Positions 38,263 through 47,825 of a stretch of 64,000 nt of DNA are shown piece after piece; position 1 is the stretch's first letter; every line of letters begins with the position of its first letter. The position numbers and the translations under genes are program-made. This stretch comes from an uncultured Solirubrobacterales bacterium (GTDB lineage Bacteria; Actinomycetota; Thermoleophilia; Solirubrobacterales; 70-9): contig CAVVAT010000010.1 in the NCBI GenBank assembly GCA_963746215.1, positions 48,634 to 112,633 of the forward strand, given 5' to 3'. Under the pieces are notes generated by a model. It was not told the DNA's origin and did no database searches. It saw nothing but the letters and a program-made list of their open reading frames with translations.

Positions 38263-38967
38263 GTGAGGACGCTCGCGATCTCCCACCAGCGCGACGCCGG
38301 TCCGGGCGTATTCGCTGAGGCGATCGCCGCCTCCGGCAGCGAACTCGACGTCTGGCACGTCGCCGAGACCGACGACCCGCCCGCCGATCCCTTCGGTTAC
38401 GACGCCGTCCTCAGCTTCGGCGGAGCCATGCACGCCGACCAGGAGTCCGACCACACATGGATCGCACCGGAGAAGGCTCTCCTGACCGATCTGCTGGCGG
38501 CAGAGATGCCACTCCTCGGCGTCTGCCTGGGCGCGCAGCTGCTGGCGTCGGCATCCGGGGGTAGCGTCGCGAGGGCTTCGAAACCTGAGATCGGCTGGCA
38601 CGAAGTCGAGCTCACGGAGGAGGGCGCGGTGGATCCACTACTGGCTGCGCTCGCTCCGAAGTTCGAGGCGTTTCAGTGGCACAGCTACGAGTGCATGCCG
38701 GGGCCCGACTGGACCCTGCTGGCTCGCAGCCCCATCTGCGCCCAGTCGTTTCGCGTCGGCGACCGCGCATGGGGCATCCAGTTTCACGCCGAGGTCTCGG
38801 CCAAGGACCTCTTTCACTGGGCCGCCGACTACGCCGCCGACCCGGACGCCGTCCGTATCGGGATCGACCCGGACGAGCTGCGCGCTGCGAGCGAGCCGCG
38901 CATCGATGCGTGGAATCAGCTCGGCCGCGATTTATGTGCGCGCTTTCTCGACGCTGCCGCGGGTTGA
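38263..38967 (+). CDS. Class I glutamine amidotransferase-like protein
   Basis: LLGVCLGAQLLA (Cys nucleophile) and GIQFHAE. Confidence 0.8.
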   Translation: MRTLAISHQRDAGPGVFAEAIAASGSELDVWHVAETDDPPADPFGYDAVLSFGGAMHADQESDHTWIAPEKALLTDLLAAEMPLLGVCLGAQLLASASGGSVARASKPEIGWHEVELTEEGAVDPLLAALAPKFEAFQWHSYECMPGPDWTLLARSPICAQSFRVGDRAWGIQFHAEVSAKDLFHWAADYAADPDAVRIGIDPDELRAASEPRIDAWNQLGRDLCARFLDAAAG

Positions 38968-38976
38968 GCTGGGCGC

Positions 38977-39498
38977 GTGGCCGCTGCGAGCACTCTCGCC
39001 CTCCTGTTGATCGGGGCTCCCGGTGCCGGTAAGAGCGAGGCGCTCACGCGCGTCCATGACGAGTTCGACGAGCAAGGCACCCAGAGCGCAGCGATCGACA
39101 CCGACGAACTCGCCCGCAGTTGCCCGCCGATCAGTCTCGAGCGGCACCTGGATCACCTGCGGTCGCTGGCGAACTCGTATCTCGCCGCAGGCCAGAGTCT
39201 GCTGCTCGTCGCGGCGACGATCGAGAGCGATGAGGAGCTAAGCCAGTGGCTCGCGGCGCTTGACGTCGATCGACACGTCGTCGTACACCTCGTCGCGAGC
39301 CCGCCGACGCTTGAAGCGCGCATTCGCGAGCGCGAGCCGACTGGATGGCGGGGCCTGCCGGAGCTCCTGGCGTCCGCGGCCCGCCTCGCCGACCTGCGCT
39401 TCCCGCAGACTGACCTCGAGCTGAGCACCGAGGAACACGGCCCGGAGTCGATCGCACGTGCGATCGCCTCTGAGCTGGCAGACGTTCGTGGCGCATGA
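38977..39498 (+). CDS. P-loop NTPase/kinase-like protein (AAA_33-like)
   Basis: LLLIGAPGAGKSE Walker A. 173 aa. Confidence 0.6.
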   Translation: MAAASTLALLLIGAPGAGKSEALTRVHDEFDEQGTQSAAIDTDELARSCPPISLERHLDHLRSLANSYLAAGQSLLLVAATIESDEELSQWLAALDVDRHVVVHLVASPPTLEARIREREPTGWRGLPELLASAARLADLRFPQTDLELSTEEHGPESIARAIASELADVRGA

Positions 39499-40068
39499 AC
39501 CGCGGCCTCGCGACGACGCTCGCTGCTGCCTGTGTCTTCCTGGCGACCCCATCGTTGGCTGGGGCCGCCGGGACGCTCGACTTAGTCGCCCTCCACCGCT
39601 CCGTCCCCGCAGGGAGCACCCAGGCGATCGACAGCGTCTTTATCCTTCCCGTCGCTCGAGCCTTCAGCTTGACGGGCTTTGACTGCGTCGTGACGCCGCC
39701 GAATTGACGTCGCCGACTGGAGTGTGCGGATCGGCGTTCCCGGTGGTATCGATCCTGGGACCTACACGGTCGAGCCGGAAGGCGATCCCGACGACATTCC
39801 GCCGCCCCCGCGCGACGCGACGATGTCGGTGTCGGGCAACGGGTCGGCGTGCGATGACCCGGTCGGAACGTTCAACTTCACGCAGTTCGCCATCACGCGC
39901 CGGGTCTACGACGCCGAGTACACGCTCGAGCAGCGGTGTTCGGTCAACTCGACGTCCGAGCCGCTGCTCGTTTCCGTATCCATCCACCGGCACCCACCGG
40001 CGTTCGAGGCCCTCAAGCAGAATGTTTCGGCAGCTGGAACGCCTCTTGCTCCGTCGCACGCTGATTGA
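39495..40068 (+). CDS. Hypothetical secreted protein, one frame change near 39700; 3' end uncertain
   Basis: Signal peptide MNRGLATTLAAACVFLATPSLAGA, continued in the 39724 frame. Third-position GC decays before 40068, where it overlaps the convergent cupredoxin gene. Confidence 0.4.
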
Positions 40069-40684
40069 CGAAGTCGTATGCCGTGACGCGCAGGCGGTAG
40101 CTCCCGGGCCGTAGGTCGTCCCGGTCGAGCTCGAGTTCATTGCGGCCGCGCTTGCCCTCACGGTTGAGGGTCTCGACCGTCCGCCAGCCCGCTTTGGTTC
40201 GGCGCGTCACCCTGATGACGAGGTCGGATTGCCGGGAGAGAGAGAAGCGAACCTGAACCGAGTCGCCGCGATTGGCGACCCGAAGCCGCTGAAGTCGCAG
40301 AGGCGACGGAGCCGGGGGTTTCACCACATTGACGACCCCGGTCATGCCCGGATGAACCTGGCAGTGGTAGGTGAACCGGCCCGGATGGCTGAAGACGTGA
40401 CTGAACGAGTCGCCCTCGGGATGAGTCGCCCCAGTTGGCGGCCCGTCGGGATCGGAGTCAAAGGACTCCGCCTGGCCCGGGTCCGCCGTGACCGAGTGGT
40501 TTCGCGAGACGACGCCCTCCCAAAACCAGAACACGTTCTCGTTGACGGCGATCGTCACCTCGGCCGGGGTGAACCGATTGCCAGGGCCGTCGATGGTCAC
40601 CGCCTCGGCTCCATGGCCCGGGTGAGCCCCGGCCGGCGCGACGGAGCAGAGGGCAAGCGCGGCCGCCGCGGCGAGGCGTCTCAT
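40013..40684 (-). CDS. Secreted cupredoxin (plastocyanin/azurin-like) with ~100-aa C-terminal beta-rich extension
   Basis: Signal peptide. Type-1 Cu ligand pattern HSV...YHCQVHPGM. Confidence 0.75.
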   Translation of the reverse strand: MRRLAAAAALALCSVAPAGAHPGHGAEAVTIDGPGNRFTPAEVTIAVNENVFWFWEGVVSRNHSVTADPGQAESFDSDPDGPPTGATHPEGDSFSHVFSHPGRFTYHCQVHPGMTGVVNVVKPPAPSPLRLQRLRVANRGDSVQVRFSLSRQSDLVIRVTRRTKAGWRTVETLNREGKRGRNELELDRDDLRPGSYRLRVTAYDFVNQRATEQEAFQLPKHSA

Positions 40685-40688
40685 CTAG

Positions 40689-40985
40689 CTAGAGCCGGAT
40701 GCCCCAGTAGGCCTTCGGCGGGTCCTGGCAGTAGAAGCTGCCTCCCTCGGTCGGAGCGCAGTCATAACCCGACCGGGGTTCCTGGGTGCGCAGGTACTTG
40801 GCGGTTCCCTTCCGCGCGACCTTGCACTTCAGGCGCAGCGCATGGACCCGGTAGTCGGTCGTCCCCTGCGAGACGATCCCGCAGTCCTTGCTGTTGTGAC
40901 CGGCGGTTGCCGAGCCCGGCAGCGAGACCGCGCAGGCGCACGCGAGAAGCAAGACCGCCGCGCAAATGCCAAGCGCACCACGCAT
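40689..40985 (-). CDS. Small secreted Cys-containing protein (hypothetical)
   Basis: 98 aa. Signal peptide MRGALGICAAVLLLACACA and 4 Cys in the mature part. 4 nt upstream of the cupredoxin gene. Confidence 0.5.
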   Translation of the reverse strand: MRGALGICAAVLLLACACAVSLPGSATAGHNSKDCGIVSQGTTDYRVHALRLKCKVARKGTAKYLRTQEPRSGYDCAPTEGGSFYCQDPPKAYWGIRL

Positions 40986-41020
40986 GCGGCTCAGCCTAGT
41001 CCGCTTCGGTCGCGACGGAG

Positions 41021-41779
41021 CTACTCGCCGGTTTCGGGCGTCAGGTAGGCGCCCGAGAGCCCGCCGTCAACGAGGAAGGTCGAGGCGGTGATGTACGAGG
41101 ACTCGTCGCTGGCGAGAAAGAGCGCGGCGTTCGCGATCTCCTCGGCCTCCGCGAAGCGGCCCATCGGCAGGTGAACGAGGCGACGGGCTGCCTTCGCGGG
41201 ATCGCTGGCGAACAGTTCCTGCAGGAGCGGGGTGTTGACCGGGCCCGGGCAGAGGGCGTTGACGCGCACACCGCGGCGAGCGAACTCGACGCCCATCTCC
41301 CGTGACATCGCCAGCACGGCGCCCTTCGAAGCGGTGTAGGAGATCTGAGAGACGGCCGCGCCCATCACCGCGACGAATGAGGCGGTGTTGATTACCGAGC
41401 CGCCGCCCCCGCTGTCGAGCATCTTGCTGATCCCGTACTTGCAGCAAAGGAAGACCGAGCGCACGTTGACCTCCTGGACGCGCTGCCAGGCCTCAAGCGG
41501 CTCCTCGACGATCGAGGTGTCGTCGTATGGGTTGATGCCGGCGTTGTTGAAGAGGACGTCGATGTGGCCGAGTTCATCGATCACCCGGTCATAGAGCGCT
41601 TGGACCTGATCCTCGTCGGTGACGTCGGCCTCGATCGTGAGCTCGCCTACGTCACTCGGGTTGAGGTCGACGCCAACCACTCGCGCCCCTTCCTCCTGGA
41701 AGCGCCGCGCCGACTCAGCGCCGATGCCGCTGGCGGTACCCGTGATCACGCAGACCTTGCCCTCGAGCCTCCCTGCCAT
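41021..41779 (-). CDS. SDR family oxidoreductase
   Basis: VCVITGTASGIGAE, NNAG, and YTASKGAV. Confidence 0.9.
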   Translation of the reverse strand: MAGRLEGKVCVITGTASGIGAESARRFQEEGARVVGVDLNPSDVGELTIEADVTDEDQVQALYDRVIDELGHIDVLFNNAGINPYDDTSIVEEPLEAWQRVQEVNVRSVFLCCKYGISKMLDSGGGGSVINTASFVAVMGAAVSQISYTASKGAVLAMSREMGVEFARRGVRVNALCPGPVNTPLLQELFASDPAKAARRLVHLPMGRFAEAEEIANAALFLASDESSYITASTFLVDGGLSGAYLTPETGE

Positions 41780-41781
41780 GG

Positions 41782-43143
41782 CTAGCCCTCCTCCGTGCGG
41801 TAATAGACGTTCTTGACGTCGGTGTAGTGCTCGAGCGCGTCCGGTCCGAGCTCGCGACCGACGCCCGACTGCTTGAAGCCGCCGAAGGGGGTCGTGACTC
41901 GGACAGAGCTGTTGGAGTTGATCGAGATCACTCCGGTCTCGATTGCCCGCGCCATCCGCAGCGCCTTGCCGCCGTCGCGCGTCCAGACGGAGCCCGAGAG
42001 GCCGTAGATCGTGTCGTTGGCGATGGCTGCGGCCTCCGTTTCGTCCGCGAAGGGAATCACGCAGGCGACCGGGCCGAAGATCTCCTCGGCGGCCGCGCGG
42101 TCGGAGTTCGAAACGGGGGAGAGGACGGTCGGCGCGAACCAGAAGCCCGGGCCGTCGGGTGCCGTGCCGCGGATCGCGACCGGCGCGGCGGCGTCGACGT
42201 AGGAGCCGACCGTCTCGAGCTGGTCGGCCGAGATCAGCGGGCCCATCTCCGTCTTCTCGTCGAGCGGGTCGCCGACGACGATCGCGGTCACGGCTCGCTC
42301 GAGCGCTCCGAGAAAGTCGTCGAGCGCGCTGCGCTCGACGAGGATTCGCGACCTCGCGCAGCAGTCCTGGCCTGCGTTGCCAAACACGGCGCTCGGGGCA
42401 GCGGCGGCTGCGGCCTCGATGTCAGCGTCGGCGAAGATCACGTTGGCCGACTTGCCGCCGAGCTCGAGCGTGACGCGCTTGATCGTCTGCGCCGCGCCCG
42501 CGGCGATCGTGCGTCCAACCTCCGTCGAACCGGTGAACGCGACCTTTGCGACATCCGGGTGCTCGACCAGACGGCTGCCGCACACGGACCCGGGGCCGGC
42601 GACGACGTTGAGCACGCCCTCCGGCAGGCCCGCATCGAGGGCGATCCGCTCGAGCTCGAGGGAGGTCAGCGGCGTCAACTCGGCGGGCTTGAGAACCACG
42701 GTGTTGCCCGCCGCAAGTGCCGGGGCGACCTTCCAGGACGCGATCACGAGCGGGAAGTTCCAGGGAGTGATGAGGCCGACGACGCCGAGCGGCTCGCGGA
42801 AGGTCATGTCCACGCCCCCGGCAACCGGGATCGTGTGGCCGAGCAAGCGCTCAGGCGCTCCGGCGTAGTAGCGGAAGCACTCGACGACCATCGCGATCTC
42901 GCCGCGGGCGTCGCCGATCGGCTTCCCAGCGTTGCGTGCCTCCAGCGTCGCGAGCTCGCCGGACTCGGCCTCGATCGCATCCGCCAGGCGTCGCATGAGC
43001 GTGGCTCGGTCGGCCGGCGTGACCGCTCGCCAGGCTGGGAAGGCCGCCTTGGCGGCGGCGACCGCGGCGTCGGTCTCCTCGACGCCGGCGCGCGGCACCT
43101 CGGCCATCACCTGTGCGGTCGCGGGCTCGACGACCTCGATCAC
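41782..43143 (-). CDS. NAD(P)-dependent aldehyde dehydrogenase
   Basis: GTG 43143 overlaps the upstream stop (GTGA). ELGGKSANVIF and GQDCCARSR catalytic Cys motifs. The ORF-track N-terminal extension is Arg-rich and non-coding-like. Confidence 0.9.
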   Translation of the reverse strand: MIEVVEPATAQVMAEVPRAGVEETDAAVAAAKAAFPAWRAVTPADRATLMRRLADAIEAESGELATLEARNAGKPIGDARGEIAMVVECFRYYAGAPERLLGHTIPVAGGVDMTFREPLGVVGLITPWNFPLVIASWKVAPALAAGNTVVLKPAELTPLTSLELERIALDAGLPEGVLNVVAGPGSVCGSRLVEHPDVAKVAFTGSTEVGRTIAAGAAQTIKRVTLELGGKSANVIFADADIEAAAAAAPSAVFGNAGQDCCARSRILVERSALDDFLGALERAVTAIVVGDPLDEKTEMGPLISADQLETVGSYVDAAAPVAIRGTAPDGPGFWFAPTVLSPVSNSDRAAAEEIFGPVACVIPFADETEAAAIANDTIYGLSGSVWTRDGGKALRMARAIETGVISINSNSSVRVTTPFGGFKQSGVGRELGPDALEHYTDVKNVYYRTEEG

Positions 43144-43856
43144 GCCATTACCTGCTTCATCGCCGCAGCAGTCAACGCTCCCAGTACCGGACTGCGGCGC
43201 TCCTCCTCCGCGTGCCAGAGGATCCCGAGCGCCCAGCGGCGGTCGGAAACCTCGACCGCCTCCACCGTGTCGCCGGGGTCGGCCCAGCCGCTCGCTGTGA
43301 GTCCATCGCCAAGCCGGTCTACGCCCTGATGGTGGTGAGAGCGCACCGCGACGCGCTCGGAGCCGACGGCTCGGGCCGCCAGCGAGCCCGGATCGAGGCG
43401 GACGTCGTGATCGGAGAAGGTGCCCGGAGTGTGGAGATGCAGCTCGGCGTCGGCGACGTGCTGGTCGAGCGTGCCGCCGCACGCCACGTTGAGCAGCTGC
43501 ATTCCGCGGCAGATCCCGAGCAGCGGCAGGTCGCGTTCGAGTGCGCCGCGAGCGAGGGCAAGCTCGAACCGATCACGCTCGGGCCAGGAGCCCTTGGTGT
43601 GCGGGTCGGCCTCCGCGCCGTAGCTGGCCGGGTCGATGTCCGAACCGCCGGCGAGCACGAGCCCGTCGAGCATCTCGAGCAGTTGCTCGGGCGCCTCGGT
43701 GACGTCGTCATCGGGCGGCAGGATCAGCGGCAGGCCTCCCGCCTCGGCGACACCGCGCGAGTACGTGCGCTGCGAGACGTTGACCTCAACCTCACGCCAG
43801 ACGGTCCAGTTCGCGCGCTCGACCATCGAGCAGATTCCAATTACCGGCCGGCGCAA
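43140..43856 (-). CDS. Gamma-glutamyl-amine hydrolase (PuuD/peptidase C26-like GATase)
   Basis: LLGICRGMQLLNVACGGTLDQH, and HHQGVD. Confidence 0.85.
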   Translation of the reverse strand: MRRPVIGICSMVERANWTVWREVEVNVSQRTYSRGVAEAGGLPLILPPDDDVTEAPEQLLEMLDGLVLAGGSDIDPASYGAEADPHTKGSWPERDRFELALARGALERDLPLLGICRGMQLLNVACGGTLDQHVADAELHLHTPGTFSDHDVRLDPGSLAARAVGSERVAVRSHHHQGVDRLGDGLTASGWADPGDTVEAVEVSDRRWALGILWHAEEERRSPVLGALTAAAMKQVMA

Positions 43857-43858
43857 GG

Positions 43859-45187
43859 TCAGAGCCTCTCGAACCCTCGGAATCGCTCCCAGTCGGTGAC
43901 GCTTCGCTCGAACGCGTCGAGCTCGACCTGCGCCCGGTTGAGGTAGTGGTCGACGACCTCCTGGCCAAAGGCCTCACGGGCGACATCGCTGGCGGCGAAG
44001 AGGTCGCGCGCCTCGTACATGTTCGACGGTACGTGGGGCTTGTCGGCGGTGTAGGCGTTGCCCTCGACAGGCGGCTCGAGCTCGAGCTCGGAGTCCACGC
44101 CGTGCAGGCCGGCGGCGATCATCGCGGCGAGCGCCAGGTACGGGTTGACGTCGGCGCCGGGCAGCCGGTTCTCGAGGCGCAGCGCCTCGTCGTGACCGAC
44201 CACGCGCATCGAGCAGGTCCGGTTGTCGTTGCCCCAGGCGACCGCGGTCGGCGCGAACGAGCCCTCGGCGAAGCGCTTGTAGGAGTTGATGTGCGGGGCG
44301 AAGAGCAGGCTCATCTCGCGCAGGCAGCCGAGCTGGCCGGCGAGAAAGCGGTCGAACATCGCGCGATCGGCTGCGAACGCGTTCGCGCCAGCGTCGTCGG
44401 CGATCGAGAGGTGGATGTGGCACGAGCTGCCCTCGCGCTCGTTGAACTTCGCCATGAAGGTGATCGCCATGTCCTCCTGGGCGGCGATTTCCTTGGCGCC
44501 GTTCTTGTAGATCACGTGATCGTCGGCCGTCTTCAGCGCCTGGTCGTAGCGAAAGTTCACCTCGTGCTGACCGAGGTTGCACTCGCCCTTGGAGGTCTCA
44601 ACCGTCATCCCCGCCGCGCCCATCTCATTGCGGATCCGGCGGATCAGCGGCTCGACGCGGGCCGTCCCCAGCAGGGAGTAATCGATGTTGTAGAGGTTGG
44701 CGGGCTCGAGGTCGCGGTAGGCCTTCTTCCACGCGTCCTCATAGGAATTCATGAAGACGATGAACTCGAGCTCTGTGCCGGCGTTTGCGATCCAACCCCG
44801 CTCCGCCAGGCGCGCGAGCTGGCGGCGCAGGATCTGACGCGGCGAGGCGACGACGTCAGTGCCGTCCCCCCACTGGATGTCGGCAAGCAGAATGACGGTG
44901 CCCGCCTGCCACGGCACCGGGCGCAGGGTGTCGAGGTCGGGGACCATCTCGAAGTCGCCGTAGCCGCGCTCCCACGACGCCATCGCGTAGCCACCTACGG
45001 TCTCCATGTCGACGTCGACCGCGAGCAGATAGTTGCAGCCCTCGGCGCCGTGCTCCAGAACCTCGTCGAGGAAATGCTGCGCGGCTAACCGTTTGCCCTG
45101 GAGCCGCCCCTCCATATCGGCGATCGCGAGGAGCACGGTGTCGACCGAGCCATCCGCGACCGCCTTCTTCAGTTCGTCGAGCGTCAC
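43859..45187 (-). CDS. Glutamine synthetase-like gamma-glutamyl-amine synthetase (PuuA/GlnA3/GlnA4-like)
   Basis: 442 aa. GS catalytic-domain motifs NEREGSSCHIHLS, NSYKR, and NRLPGADVNPYLA. Confidence 0.85.
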   Translation of the reverse strand: MTLDELKKAVADGSVDTVLLAIADMEGRLQGKRLAAQHFLDEVLEHGAEGCNYLLAVDVDMETVGGYAMASWERGYGDFEMVPDLDTLRPVPWQAGTVILLADIQWGDGTDVVASPRQILRRQLARLAERGWIANAGTELEFIVFMNSYEDAWKKAYRDLEPANLYNIDYSLLGTARVEPLIRRIRNEMGAAGMTVETSKGECNLGQHEVNFRYDQALKTADDHVIYKNGAKEIAAQEDMAITFMAKFNEREGSSCHIHLSIADDAGANAFAADRAMFDRFLAGQLGCLREMSLLFAPHINSYKRFAEGSFAPTAVAWGNDNRTCSMRVVGHDEALRLENRLPGADVNPYLALAAMIAAGLHGVDSELELEPPVEGNAYTADKPHVPSNMYEARDLFAASDVAREAFGQEVVDHYLNRAQVELDAFERSVTDWERFRGFERL

Positions 45188-45197
45188 CCCGATGACG

Positions 45198-46799
45198 TTA
45201 CGAGGTCGACGGTGGCTTGTCCCCTTCGGCCGTCAGCGCCTTGTCGATATCGATGTTCTTGGTCTGGCCGGTGAAGAAGTGCTTCGCCTTCGCATGCCAG
45301 GCCACCGTTGCGAACAGGAGGACCGCGCCCACCGTGAGCGGCGCGTAGTTGACCGACTCCCAGCTGAAGTCGTCGTTCCCCGGAACCGCCGCCGGTGTGA
45401 ACGGCAGGCAGAAGATGATCGTGATCAGCGCGACCCATACGACCGCGATCGGATTCATCCAGCGCCACTTGCTGCCGAGGTTCCACACCGGTGACTGCTC
45501 GAACGAGCTGCCAGCGCGCCAGCGCAGATAGATCGGGATCACGTAGGCGATGTAGAGGCCGATCACGGTGATCGAGACGACCGCGAAGAACGCAAACGGG
45601 AACGGATCGCCGGCCGAGTTCCCCTTCAGGGCCGGCAGCGTGATGATCAGCGCGGCAACCGCCATCGCGATGACCGCGTTGCGCGGGGTGCCGTTGGCGT
45701 TCACCTTCGACAGCGCCTTCGGAAGGCCGCGATCGCGTGAGAACGCGAAGGACATCCGCGATGCGCTGGTGAGACACGCGAGCCCGCAGAACAGCTGCCC
45801 GAGTGTCGAGATGATCACGACAGCCTTGAACGCCGCCGTCGAGAGCGACAGGCTGAAGATCTCGAGCGAGCTTCCCGCACCGTAGCCCTCACCTGCCGTG
45901 ACGGCATCCGGATCGTTGGCGGCGAACGTTATCGCCAGCAGCACGAACCAGCCGATCACGGCCGAGTAGAAGATCGATTGCCAGACGCCCCGCGCCGCCG
46001 ACTTCGACGCGTTGTGCGTTTCCTCCGACACGTGGGCTGAAGCGTCGAACCCGGTGATCGTGTACTGCGTCAGCAGGAAGCCCAGTGGCAGCACGTAGAA
46101 CCAGAACATGTCCATACCGAAGCCGGAGTTGTTGATCCGCTCGGTGAAGACGAAGTCCAGCGACTGGTGCTCGTCAGGGACGAAGACGAGGATCGCGATG
46201 ATCACCACGACCCCCACCACGTGCACGAACACCGAGATGCTGTTGGTGACCGCGAGCAGGTGCGTTCGCATGATGTTGATCGTCGCGTGGATCGCGAGGA
46301 TGATCGCGAACAGCAGGAAGGTCTCGCCAAGAATGTGCGCACTGTCGCCGAAATTAATGCCGAGGACATCGACGCCGTAGAGACCGAAGACGACGTTGAG
46401 GAAGGTCGCTGATGCGTAGACGACCGACGCGACGACGCCGACCAGGCCGGCGAGGTTGAACCAGCCGGTGAACCAGCCCCAGGCCGGCCCGCCGAGCCGC
46501 GCTGCCCACCAGTAGATACCGCCCGCGGTGGGATACTTGGCAACGATCTCCGACGTACAGAAGCCGATGATCAGAATCGGGATCGAGATGAGCGGCCAGC
46601 CCCATGAGATCGCAATCGGGCCGCCGTTGTTCCACGCCTGGCCGTACGTGGTGAAGCAGCCGGCGAGGACCGAGATGATCGTGAACGAGATGGCGAAGTT
46701 CGAGAACGAACTCCACCCCCGGTGGAGGTCCTGCTTGAGCCCCATCTCCGCCAGTTGGCGCTCGTCGTCATCCTTGAACTGGTCCACCGTCGCCATCAA
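45198..46799 (-). CDS. APC superfamily amino acid/amine permease
   Basis: 533 aa with about 12 hydrophobic segments and a typical APC N-terminus. Confidence 0.9.
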   Translation of the reverse strand: MMATVDQFKDDDERQLAEMGLKQDLHRGWSSFSNFAISFTIISVLAGCFTTYGQAWNNGGPIAISWGWPLISIPILIIGFCTSEIVAKYPTAGGIYWWAARLGGPAWGWFTGWFNLAGLVGVVASVVYASATFLNVVFGLYGVDVLGINFGDSAHILGETFLLFAIILAIHATINIMRTHLLAVTNSISVFVHVVGVVVIIAILVFVPDEHQSLDFVFTERINNSGFGMDMFWFYVLPLGFLLTQYTITGFDASAHVSEETHNASKSAARGVWQSIFYSAVIGWFVLLAITFAANDPDAVTAGEGYGAGSSLEIFSLSLSTAAFKAVVIISTLGQLFCGLACLTSASRMSFAFSRDRGLPKALSKVNANGTPRNAVIAMAVAALIITLPALKGNSAGDPFPFAFFAVVSITVIGLYIAYVIPIYLRWRAGSSFEQSPVWNLGSKWRWMNPIAVVWVALITIIFCLPFTPAAVPGNDDFSWESVNYAPLTVGAVLLFATVAWHAKAKHFFTGQTKNIDIDKALTAEGDKPPSTS

Positions 46800-46862
46800 T
46801 CAGTCTCCCTTGAAATTCGGCCGCAGCGCCACGGTGCGATAAAAGGTGTGGCGGCCCGACCT

Positions 46863-47825
46863 ATGGACGACGCGACCCTAAACCCGGAGCCGGACGCGCG
46901 TCAAGGGTCTGAACCCGATCTCGTACGGATAGTCGAGTTCGTGCAGGCCGAGCTTGGACCGATGGGCCGATCACCGGCTCCGCTCGAGGGCGGCATCACC
47001 AACCGCAACTATCGGGCGAGCTTCGGCGACCGCGAGTACGTGATTCGCGTTCCGGGCAAGGACACGGGCCTGCTCGGGATCGACCGCGAGGCCGAGGCGA
47101 TCGCCAATCGCGCCGCCGCGGCGGTTGGCGTGGCGCCCCCGGTGGCGCTGACCCTCACCGACCCGCCCGTGTTCGTCACCGAGTTCCTGGAGGGCCGAGC
47201 CCTCGAGGGCTCGGAGCTGCGCCGCGCCGAGACCCTCGCCGATATCGCCGCCGCGTTGCGGACCGTGCACGGCCTCGAGACAACGTTCAAGACCTCGTTC
47301 TCGCCCTTTCGGGTAGTCGAGGAATACGCGGTGACCACCCGTCAGCGCGGCGGGACGATCCCCGACCGCTACGAGGAGGCGACGGCTTGCGCGAGCCAGA
47401 TCGAGGCCGCGTTCCAGGGGCCGGAGCACGAGCCCGTTCCGTGTCACAACGATCTGCTGGCAGCGAATTTCATCTGCGTTGACGAGCGCGTCTACATCGT
47501 CGACTGGGAGTACGCGGGGATGGGCGACCGCTACTTCGATCTCGCGAACTTCGCCGTTAACAACGAGCTGGGAGAGGGCGGCGAGGAGAGCCTGCTCGGT
47601 GCCTACTTCGGCGCACCTCCGACCACGGTCCAGTTAGCGTCATTGCGGCTGATGCGATTCATGTCGGACTTCCGCGAAGCGATGTGGGGAGTCGTCCAGC
47701 GCGTGGTCTCCGACCTCGATTTCGACTTCGCGAACTACGCGGACCGCCACTTCGATCGCCTCAGCGAGACCTGGTCGGATCCGCGCTTCAAGCAATGGCT
47801 GGGTGAGGCAGATGGCGCGCGCTGA
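46863..47825 (+). CDS. Choline/ethanolamine kinase family phosphotransferase
   Basis: ATG 46863. GGITNRNYR, Brenner motif PCHNDLLAANFI, and DWEYAGMGDRYFDLANF. Confidence 0.8.
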   Translation: MDDATLNPEPDARQGSEPDLVRIVEFVQAELGPMGRSPAPLEGGITNRNYRASFGDREYVIRVPGKDTGLLGIDREAEAIANRAAAAVGVAPPVALTLTDPPVFVTEFLEGRALEGSELRRAETLADIAAALRTVHGLETTFKTSFSPFRVVEEYAVTTRQRGGTIPDRYEEATACASQIEAAFQGPEHEPVPCHNDLLAANFICVDERVYIVDWEYAGMGDRYFDLANFAVNNELGEGGEESLLGAYFGAPPTTVQLASLRLMRFMSDFREAMWGVVQRVVSDLDFDFANYADRHFDRLSETWSDPRFKQWLGEADGAR

